Source: Acaryochloris marina S15 (GTDB lineage: Bacteria > Cyanobacteriota > Cyanobacteriia > Thermosynechococcales > Thermosynechococcaceae). Taken from it: a stretch of 32,000 nucleotides of DNA. The notes under the pieces are model-generated. The model was not told the origin of the DNA. It ran no database searches and worked only from the letters and a program-made list of their open reading frames with translations. This document shows positions 25,406 to 32,000 of the stretch, in pieces. The stretch spans positions 210,001 to 242,000 of the forward strand of contig NZ_CP064923.1 of the NCBI RefSeq assembly GCF_018336915.1. Reading direction: 5' to 3'. Position 1 is the first letter of the stretch; the number at the start of each line of letters is the position of its first letter. Position numbers and translations under genes: made by a program.

Positions 25406-26068
25406 CTAATCCAGAATCAACTCTCTTTGAGCAATCTGTTGTCTGAGTAGCTCTTTGTTCCCTTGGGTCACCACTAAACGGGCATCTCGCAGGGCTTTGG
25501 GATTGGTCTCAATTTTATAGGTCACATCGCCATTCACGGCTTCGTAGGACAAGGCATAGTATTCGCCTGAGGTCTTGGCCGGTAGGACAATCTTTGACCC
25601 CGTCTTTTTCTCAATGCCTACATAGCGATAGTTTTTAGCAGTTTGGCTGGGCTGATTCAAACAGATAAAAATCTGATAGTCGGGGGTATTCATGCTTTCA
25701 AACAGATGATCATTCCCGCAGAACTGCCGTGGGTTTTGGGAGTTCGCGGCAACGGTCGGTGCTGGCGCAACCACACTGTCCTCAGGGTCGAGATTGGGTG
25801 GAGGCTGACTCGAAGGATTGGCGACAGGGGGCAATTGTGCAGGTAAGGGTTGGCTCGGGTTGGCTGCTGGAGGCTGTTGATTCGTTTTTGGGGTATCGGT
25901 AGGCAGCGCCCCATTGAGTTCTGGAACTCCCGGCGGTGCGGGGGTATTTTGGCTTACCGATTCACTTGGCGTTTCTGGAGGCAGATCACTTTCTTCGATG
26001 GGTTGAGAACAGGCCGTAATCAGTCCCAGACTCAGGACACATAAGCTAGAGAGCCAAACTCTTTTCAT
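25406..26068 (-). CDS. Hypothetical lipoprotein with a Pro-rich linker
   Basis: Internal ATG 26068 gives MKRVWLSSLCVLSLGLITAC, a signal plus lipobox. A Pro/Gln-rich spacer and a C-terminal domain of about 110 aa follow. The upstream 87 codons of ORF 25406..26329 are treated as non-coding. Confidence 0.55.
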   Translation of the reverse strand: MKRVWLSSLCVLSLGLITACSQPIEESDLPPETPSESVSQNTPAPPGVPELNGALPTDTPKTNQQPPAANPSQPLPAQLPPVANPSSQPPPNLDPEDSVVAPAPTVAANSQNPRQFCGNDHLFESMNTPDYQIFICLNQPSQTAKNYRYVGIEKKTGSKIVLPAKTSGEYYALSYEAVNGDVTYKIETNPKALRDARLVVTQGNKELLRQQIAQRELILD

Positions 26069-26302
26069 AATTCTAAATCGCGCGCAGTCTTCCTTTAAAG
26101 CTAACCGATCGAGTTCGATATTTTGATCTGGGTTCAGGGGCTGCCTGGAATAATGGCCAGCCAAACTTGAAGATGTTTTACAACCAGAGTTGCGATATGT
26201 TTCTATCTCCAGCTTGGCTGAACTGATCCAGTTTAAAAAGGGCCACGGTGCCCGATAATATTTGAGGTTGTTACGGATAGTCTGACAGACGAGGTAAAGC
26301 AC

Positions 26303-27322
26303 GTGACCAATATAGCCAATCCACTGCAAACATCAGACCAGCCGATTCCCGTTGGTGTGTTAGGGTTTGGCGGGCTCGGACAGGCCGCAGCTAGGGTTTT
26401 AGCGCCCAAACAGCAAATGAAGCTGGTCGCGGCTGCAGACCAAAAAGGCTTTGCCCTCAATCCCGAAGGCTTGGATTTGCAAAGTGCGATCGCAACCTAT
26501 CAAACCCAAGGATCTCTCGGTTACCTCGATCCGGGTGGCACCCTCAGTACCCAAAGCATTGCCGATCTGATTCAGCAAAGTCAGAACGTTGCCGGTTTTT
26601 TCCTGGCTCTGCCGAACTTACCCAATACCTTTATGGCCTCGGTAGCTAAACAGTTTATTGACCTAGGTTGGAAAGGTGTTTTAATCGATGCCATCAAGCG
26701 AACCAGCGCTGTGGAGCAGCTCGTTGACCTCCGGGCCGAATTAGCCAACGCGGGCATTACCTATGTCACAGGCTGTGGCGCGACCCCCGGTTTACTCACC
26801 GCTGCCGCTGCCCTAGCCGCCCAAAGCTATGCGGAAATCCATCAAGTCAAAATCACCTTTGGGGTCGGTATTGCCAACTGGGAAGCCTATCGGGCTACCA
26901 TTCGCGAAGACATTGGCCATTTACCGGGTTATACCGTCGAAACGGCTAAAGCCATGACCGATGCTGAGGTGGAGACTCTGTTGGAGACAACCAACGGCAT
27001 CCTCAGCTTGGAAAATATGGAACATGCCGATGACATCATCCTAGAAATGGCTGGGATTTGTGGTCGCGATCGCGTCACTGTTGGTGGTGTCGTCGATACC
27101 CGCAACCCCAAGAAACCCCTCAGCACGAACGTACAGCTGACCGGCCGGACTTTTGAAGGCAAAATCTCTACCCATACCTTTACCCTAGGGGATGAAACTA
27201 GCATGGCTGCTAATGTTTGTGGCCCTGCCTTTGGTTATCTCAAAGCCGGAATTGCACTCCACCAACAAGGGATGTGTGGTCTTCTCACTTCCGCTCAGGT
27301 CATGCCACATTTTGTGTCTTAA
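26303..27322 (+). CDS. NAD(P)-binding Rossmann-fold oxidoreductase (saccharopine dehydrogenase-like)
   Basis: GxGxxG is present at [15 protein letters not shown] near the N-terminus, and [17 protein letters not shown] later. GTG start at 26303. The function assignment is tentative. Confidence 0.5.
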   Translation: MTNIANPLQTSDQPIPVGVLGFGGLGQAAARVLAPKQQMKLVAAADQKGFALNPEGLDLQSAIATYQTQGSLGYLDPGGTLSTQSIADLIQQSQNVAGFFLALPNLPNTFMASVAKQFIDLGWKGVLIDAIKRTSAVEQLVDLRAELANAGITYVTGCGATPGLLTAAAALAAQSYAEIHQVKITFGVGIANWEAYRATIREDIGHLPGYTVETAKAMTDAEVETLLETTNGILSLENMEHADDIILEMAGICGRDRVTVGGVVDTRNPKKPLSTNVQLTGRTFEGKISTHTFTLGDETSMAANVCGPAFGYLKAGIALHQQGMCGLLTSAQVMPHFVS

Positions 27323-27355
27323 CCTGCCACAGTAAAATTTATTTCCATCTAGAAA

Positions 27356-27387
27356 CCTAGCCATAGAACTGTTGCTTTATGGCTAGG
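27356..27387 (+). terminator. Candidate stem-loop terminator downstream of the oxidoreductase gene
   Basis: CCTAGCCATA (27356-27365) pairs with TATGGCTAGG (27378-27387) around a 12-nt loop. The trailing TATTTGCG is only weakly T-rich. Confidence 0.35.
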
Positions 27388-27925
27388 TATTTGCGTGATC
27401 ATGGACTGTGACTAGATTGCCTTGCGGTTATCGTAAAAAGTATCCAATTGTTAGGTCGGCTACGGCATACGAATGTGGATCCTAATGTAGTGGATGTAAT
27501 TGCCTAACACGTTTGCCAGTTTGCTTCCTAGCCCTTTCAGTTTGGCCATCATTCTCCATGCTGAGTCCATTTGTGCCAGCAGAGAGGAAAGAACGTCAAT
27601 GCCAAGAGTAGATGCTTATGGGCTAATAGGTTTGGGCTGGTAGATCGATATTTCTGGGAATTACTGGCACTCTATAGAAAATTACTTCTAGAAATATTGT
27701 CAAAATCTTTAGATGTGTTTACAAATACCATTTTGGTCTTCAGAATATGGTAGCGAGGATGGGTTTGTTTATGACGATTCTGAATTGTTGATGCTCTTTA
27801 TTTATCTCTATCCTGAGATTCACTGACCTTTGCTCATTGCACACACTCGTGAACCTGAGAAGAGTGGCAGAGCTAAGGGGGGTATGAAAGTTACGTTCCT
27901 CATTTCTTGAAGATGGAGTTCATCT

Positions 27926-28735
27926 ATGTCAATTACAAAAAAAGTTTTTGCTGAGTTTTTTGGCACGTTCTGGCTCACCTTTGGAGGCTGTGGCAGTGCT
28001 ATTTTTGCTGCTGTATACACCACCAGCTTAGAAGTTGGTGAAGCCAAAGAAGCCTTTCCTTTTTCTTTGGGCATTGGCTTTACAGGGGTGTCCCTGGCCT
28101 TTGGTTTAACCGTTTTGACGATGGCCTATGCCGTAGGTCACATTTCTGGCGGGCATTTCAACCCAGCCGTCTCTTTTGGACTTTGGGCTGGCAAACGTTT
28201 TCCTAGCTCAGAATTGTTGCCTTACATCATTGCTCAAGTGGTGGGTGCGATTGTTGCAGCTGGACTGTTATTCGTGATTGCTAGTGGAAACGGAACTGAT
28301 TTAATCGGTGATCCCGCAGTCAATCTAAATCCCCTAGCCACAAATGGTTATGGCAATCATTCTCCGGGGCAATATAGTCTTGTTGCTTGCTTGATTGCAG
28401 AATTCTTGTTAACTATGATGTTCTTGCTGATCATCTTAGGTGCAACAGATAAACGTGCGCCTCAAGGGTTTGCTCCCGTTGCCATTGGTTTAGGCCTCAC
28501 TCTGATTCATTTAATCAGTATTCCGATTACCAATACATCCGTTAACCCTGCTCGTAGTACCGGCCCCGCCTTGATTGTGGCTTTAGCTGGCAACATGCAG
28601 TTATTTCAGCAAGTTTGGCTTTTTTGGGTCGCGCCGATTGCAGGCGCGATCGCAGCTGGTTTCATCTACAACGTCTTTTTCGAAGCAGATACAACTGCAA
28701 CCTCAAATGCAGATCGGAGTTTCGCAGAGCGATAA
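27926..28735 (+). CDS. aqpZ: Aquaporin Z
   Basis: Two NPA boxes ([11 protein letters not shown] and [12 protein letters not shown]) and the typical [18 protein letters not shown]-terminus. GGAG RBS upstream. Confidence 0.9.
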   Translation: MSITKKVFAEFFGTFWLTFGGCGSAIFAAVYTTSLEVGEAKEAFPFSLGIGFTGVSLAFGLTVLTMAYAVGHISGGHFNPAVSFGLWAGKRFPSSELLPYIIAQVVGAIVAAGLLFVIASGNGTDLIGDPAVNLNPLATNGYGNHSPGQYSLVACLIAEFLLTMMFLLIILGATDKRAPQGFAPVAIGLGLTLIHLISIPITNTSVNPARSTGPALIVALAGNMQLFQQVWLFWVAPIAGAIAAGFIYNVFFEADTTATSNADRSFAER

Positions 28736-28799
28736 TGAGAGAGAACATGGATTGTTCCGGTTCTTCTCAAATACTTTGCTGACTTTTCAATAACGATCA

Positions 28800-29030
28800 A
28801 TGTTTGTATTGCGAGGCTATCTCGCGGCTTTAATAGATCCCATCTATCGGACCAATGCCTTAAAAGTTGCGGCCATAGTGGGGTCTATTTTATTTGCCAT
28901 CAACCATGGCACAGCCCTAACCCAAAACAAAATGACCCGTACGCGCTGGATCTCAGCGGTGCTCACCTATTGCGTGCCTTATATGGTGAGTGTTCATGGT
29001 CAATATGTCAGCCGCTCTCAACAGCGGTAA
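28800..29030 (+). CDS. Small membrane protein, NrtS-like (putative nitrate/nitrite transporter family)
   Basis: ALKVAAIVGSILFAINHGTAL....LTYCVPYMVSVHG matches the remembered NrtS pattern (ALKxAxxVGxILxxINHGDAL ... LVPYCVS). Confidence 0.5.
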   Translation: MFVLRGYLAALIDPIYRTNALKVAAIVGSILFAINHGTALTQNKMTRTRWISAVLTYCVPYMVSVHGQYVSRSQQR

Positions 29031-29035
29031 TCGAG

Positions 29036-29905
29036 TTATTCCAAATCTAGGGTGAGCTGGTAAATTTGGCGACGAGACATGTCGTGTTTCTCTGCCAATT
29101 GCCGACTGGCCCGCGACTTAGACCATCCTTGAGCTAATAACGCGTGCAATTCTGCACGTAAATCTGTGTCCGTTGGTAAGGTCTTGCTCACTACTTCCCC
29201 CGCTAATACCAACGTAAATTCACCTTTTGGTTCATGGCTTTGATAGTGGGTGATGGCAGCTTGCACCGACCCTCGCCAAAACTCTTCAAACCGTTTCGTT
29301 AATTCCCGCGCTAATACAATCTGTCGATCATCTCCCACCTGCTCTGCTAAATCTTGTAAGGTCTGGCGTAAGCGATGAGGGGCTTCATATAGGACAACGG
29401 TGCGCGATTCCGTCGCTATATCCTGTAACCGCTGTTGACGTGCTTTCCCCTTCGCGGGCAGAAACCCTTCAAAACAAAAGCGATCGCAGGGTAATCCCGA
29501 TGCTACCAACGCTGCGATCGCAGCATTGGCACCAGGAATCGGTATCACTTCTATCCCAGCCTCGACACAAGCTTGTACAAGATCCACTCCCGGATCAGAA
29601 ATTCCCGGCATCCCCGCATCGCTAACGAGGGCTAAATCTTGCCCTGACTGTAATCGTTCAATTAGTTCGGGTGTACGGGTTTGAGTGTTGTGCTGATGAT
29701 AGCTGATTTGCGGGGTTTTGACCTGAAAGTGATGGAGCAGTTTGCCCGTGTGGCGCGTATCTTCGGCTGCGATCGCAGCCACGGTTTGCAAAATCCGTAC
29801 CGCTCGAAAACTCATATCTTCTAAATTCCCAATTGGCGTTGCCACAATGTACAAGCTGCCATTTTGGGACGCATTGGTTTTAGAAGATGTCATGTGTTCA
29901 TTCAT
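29036..29905 (-). CDS. rsmI: 16S rRNA (cytidine1402-2'-O)-methyltransferase RsmI
   Basis: LYIVATPIGNLEDMSFRAVRIL..AAEDTRHTGKLL, SDAGMPGISDPG and the C-terminal HTH-like tail are typical of RsmI. Confidence 0.9.
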   Translation of the reverse strand: MNEHMTSSKTNASQNGSLYIVATPIGNLEDMSFRAVRILQTVAAIAAEDTRHTGKLLHHFQVKTPQISYHQHNTQTRTPELIERLQSGQDLALVSDAGMPGISDPGVDLVQACVEAGIEVIPIPGANAAIAALVASGLPCDRFCFEGFLPAKGKARQQRLQDIATESRTVVLYEAPHRLRQTLQDLAEQVGDDRQIVLARELTKRFEEFWRGSVQAAITHYQSHEPKGEFTLVLAGEVVSKTLPTDTDLRAELHALLAQGWSKSRASRQLAEKHDMSRRQIYQLTLDLE

Positions 29906-30175
29906 CTATTGCATTGGGGGACTGACTTAATTCCTAAGCAATAGCCAAGGACGATCGATCACTAGCCATCTTCTACGGAAAGTTATACACCACTCTGAAG
30001 CTGCACCAAAAGCGAGCGCTATCTGCTGGATAACAATTGTGCCATCTTCTGAGAGTGTCTCAACCTGCTTATTGAGTTACCTATGCTTAACGGTTGCGGT
30101 TAGCGATTGTCATCGATATTACATGCAAATTTAAGTCGTCGTAATGATTATATGGCTGTCAAACTTTAAGCCTTT

Positions 30176-30793
30176 TTACGCTGCCTTCCAAATCTGGAAG
30201 CAATGATCAAATTTCTGAAATAACTTATTAGACCCTGCAAAGCTAATGTCTTGCGCCCAGCTTTCGATAGAAAATAGAAACGCTTGCAGCTCTCGCTCCA
30301 CACATATCAATGCTTTCTCAAAATCAGGTCGTGAAACCTCAACATAAAACGCATCTCGAGTTGGTTCAGTATAACCATCTGACCAAATACGAATAATATT
30401 GCCTTGATGCTCAACCCATGGACTTGGATCATGCCCTAACCAAGGAGAATGGCCTGTTTGTAGAAAATCAATCCATTCGTGCCATGTTTCCAGCCCACAA
30501 CAACAACTTGGAGGAATAACTTTATCTTCAGATACGATTTGTATACCACCTGGTAACACTAAACTTTCTATTTCCAGGATCTGTTCCAAAACAGTTTGTT
30601 TCTTCTTTGCGAGTTTTATTTGGTTGTATTTCGCCAATTGAGCAAACACCAAACCGATTTCTGGATATGTCATTTCTCCGCATAAACGGATCATCGACAA
30701 AGGCTTGAATTTTGGAATCGGCCAAGGACAAAGAAATTCACCTTCGTAATAAGGTAACTCTACGACCGCCTGCATCTGAATCAACGAATTCAT
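30176..30793 (-). CDS. Hypothetical protein (orphan, lower-GC)
   Basis: 205-aa ORF with no recognisable motifs. It has a CCC triplet (PPSCCCGLETWHEW) and is Trp/His-rich. The flanks are AT-rich. Confidence 0.45.
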   Translation of the reverse strand: MNSLIQMQAVVELPYYEGEFLCPWPIPKFKPLSMIRLCGEMTYPEIGLVFAQLAKYNQIKLAKKKQTVLEQILEIESLVLPGGIQIVSEDKVIPPSCCCGLETWHEWIDFLQTGHSPWLGHDPSPWVEHQGNIIRIWSDGYTEPTRDAFYVEVSRPDFEKALICVERELQAFLFSIESWAQDISFAGSNKLFQKFDHCFQIWKAA

Positions 30794-30909
30794 AGGTGCT
30801 TACAGTTCTAAAAAACCGACATATCTGCACGTTATTTGCAGAATGTACCCATATCAAAACCCTCAACCAGATAATAACTCTGGCCATCTGCCATTAACCT
30901 GAATGATTT

Positions 30910-31575
30910 ATGAAACGGGCTAAATCTTTCACTCCCCGCAAAAGCCTTCTTCTACTAACTGTAGTGTGTGTGATCGCAACAGGCATTGCTCTATTGGTAA
31001 TGGGTAAGCTCGATACCACTCAAATTAAAACACTGGTTCATGGTGCAGGGATTTGGGGGCCGATTTATTACATCTTGGCCTATGTGATTGCTACCCTATT
31101 GGTTCTTCCTTCTACTGCTCTAAACCTTACAGGAGGTGGTTTGTTCGGCCCTTGGCTAGGGACCCTTTGGACAAGTCTTGCCGCCATTATTGCCGCCGTT
31201 GTGGCCTTTTACTTTAGCCGCACCATCGGTCGCGAACCCATTGCCAAACGGTTGGCAGGACGCTGGCAAAAAATGGATGCTGAGGTCAAACGGGGCGGCC
31301 TCTTCTATATGTTTGCGATTCGGTTAGTGCCGATTATGCCCTACGGCCTGGTTAACTTTGCGGCGGGTCTCACCTCTATCCGCTTTCGTGATTTTTTGAT
31401 CGGTACAATCTTAGGCACGGTTCCTAGCGTTTTGCCCTTTGTTCTCTTGGGTAGTTCTAGCGTTCAAGCTCTTAATTCCGGCAACCTTGCTCCTTTAATA
31501 GGTGCTTTAGCGTTGACTGGAATACTGGTCGCAGGATCAACCTATTGGCGTCAAAAACGGTTCAAACGGAGTTGA
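30910..31575 (+). CDS. TVP38/TMEM64 (DedA/SNARE-associated) family membrane protein
   Basis: VLPSTALNLTGGGLFGPWLGTLWTSLAAIIAAVVAFYFSRTIGR and LRLVPIMPYGLVNFAAGLT are typical of the family. Confidence 0.75.
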   Translation: MKRAKSFTPRKSLLLLTVVCVIATGIALLVMGKLDTTQIKTLVHGAGIWGPIYYILAYVIATLLVLPSTALNLTGGGLFGPWLGTLWTSLAAIIAAVVAFYFSRTIGREPIAKRLAGRWQKMDAEVKRGGLFYMFAIRLVPIMPYGLVNFAAGLTSIRFRDFLIGTILGTVPSVLPFVLLGSSSVQALNSGNLAPLIGALALTGILVAGSTYWRQKRFKRS

Positions 31576-31651
31576 TGCCCCGAAAAATTGTCATGAACGC
31601 TACCGTTCAGTGCAAGACTGGAAGGTGGAGCTGACACAATAATCAGAAGAT

Positions 31652-32000
31652 ATGACCAAAACAGCATGGGTATTTCCTGGACAAGGGTCCCAGGCGCTTG
31701 GAATGGGCCTAGACCTACTCGATACCGAAATCGGTAAACAGCGGTTTGCAGCCGCAGAAAGCATCTTGGGATGGTCTGTCCCCGAGGTATGCCGAGAAGA
31801 TGAAACCCGCCTGTCCCAAACCAATTACACCCAGCCCTGCTTATATGTAGTAGCTGCTATTTTTTCCGATCTACTGACTGAGAAAGGACTGAAACCCGAT
31901 TTGGTTGCTGGTCATAGCTTAGGAGAATATGTTGCTCTATACTCAGCCCAGGTTTTTGACTTTGAATCGGGCTTAAAGCTGGTGCAAAAACGTTCAACCC
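31652..32000 (+). CDS. fabD: Malonyl-CoA:ACP transacylase FabD (3' end outside the window)
   Basis: ATG 31652 gives MTKTAWVFPGQGSQALGMG..YTQPCLYVVAA..VAGHSLGEYVALY. The ORF is open to the window end, so it is absent from the ORF track. Confidence 0.85.
   Translation, partial: MTKTAWVFPGQGSQALGMGLDLLDTEIGKQRFAAAESILGWSVPEVCREDETRLSQTNYTQPCLYVVAAIFSDLLTEKGLKPDLVAGHSLGEYVALYSAQVFDFESGLKLVQKRST

Noticed and set aside
26069-26329. Upstream 87 codons of ORF 25406..26329
   Set aside because: The internal ATG 26068 yields a textbook lipoprotein signal peptide. The extension overlaps the start of the oxidoreductase gene and has no signal-like features.
27540-27640. Possible IS5-type transposase remnant on the minus strand (..CWHKWTQHGE*, reminiscent of the F-R-K-W-x-x-x-G-x-W motif)
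   Set aside because: The resemblance covers only about 10 residues, is interrupted by stops and has no flanking inverted repeats. It is insufficient without a BLASTX search.
27882-27894. NtcA-like site GTATGAAAGTTAC upstream of aqpZ
   Set aside because: The spacer is 7 nt, not the 8 nt of the GTA-N8-TAC consensus, and no suitably placed -10 box was evident.
31600-31824. 74-aa minus-strand ORF
   Set aside because: It is antisense to the clearly recognisable fabD N-terminus (FPGQGSQ, GHSLGEY).

Overview
This window looks like a cyanobacterial chromosomal segment. The evidence is 14 copies of the HIP1 octamer GCGATCGC, a DUF2949/DUF1816-type gene pair, and a cyanobacteriochrome-type GAF domain. 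I found no rRNA, tRNA, CRISPR array or intact transposase.

Gene content, left to right:
- A partial membrane protein.
- A translationally coupled three-gene two-component operon. It has a 760-aa response regulator (REC-wHTH-HPt-REC-REC-degenerate GGDEF), a PAS-GAF-PAS-PAS histidine kinase whose GAF carries both the DXCF and the canonical CH cysteines, and a CheY-like regulator.
- An AI-2E-family permease and three small conserved hypothetical genes.
- A pstSCAB phosphate-uptake operon on the minus strand. Upstream of it lie a 155-bp MITE-like inverted-repeat element and an ArsR/SmtB regulator with a C-terminal Cys-Cys pair.
- A lower-GC block (DEDDh exonuclease, 7-TM protein) that abuts the C-terminal remnant of an Old-Yellow-Enzyme gene.
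- A 626-aa protein of about 21 tandem 22-residue leucine-rich repeats.
- Convergent to it, a 1708-aa gene: caspase (intact His/Cys), caspase-like domain lacking His, STAND P-loop NTPase, hydrophobic segment, about 13-14 WD40 repeats.
- A run of predicted envelope proteins: FecR-like, class-A beta-lactamase-like, a membrane-anchored protein with three L7/L12-CTD-like repeats, and a Pro-rich lipoprotein.
- Housekeeping genes: an oxidoreductase, aqpZ, an nrtS-like gene, rsmI, an orphan gene, a TVP38/DedA-like gene and partial fabD.

The best candidate for an uncharacterised system is the caspase-STAND-WD40 (NLR-like death or immunity) gene with its LRR and envelope-protein neighbours. Second is the putative blue-light cyanobacteriochrome phosphorelay.

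All family assignments come from motif recognition by eye. No database searches were run.
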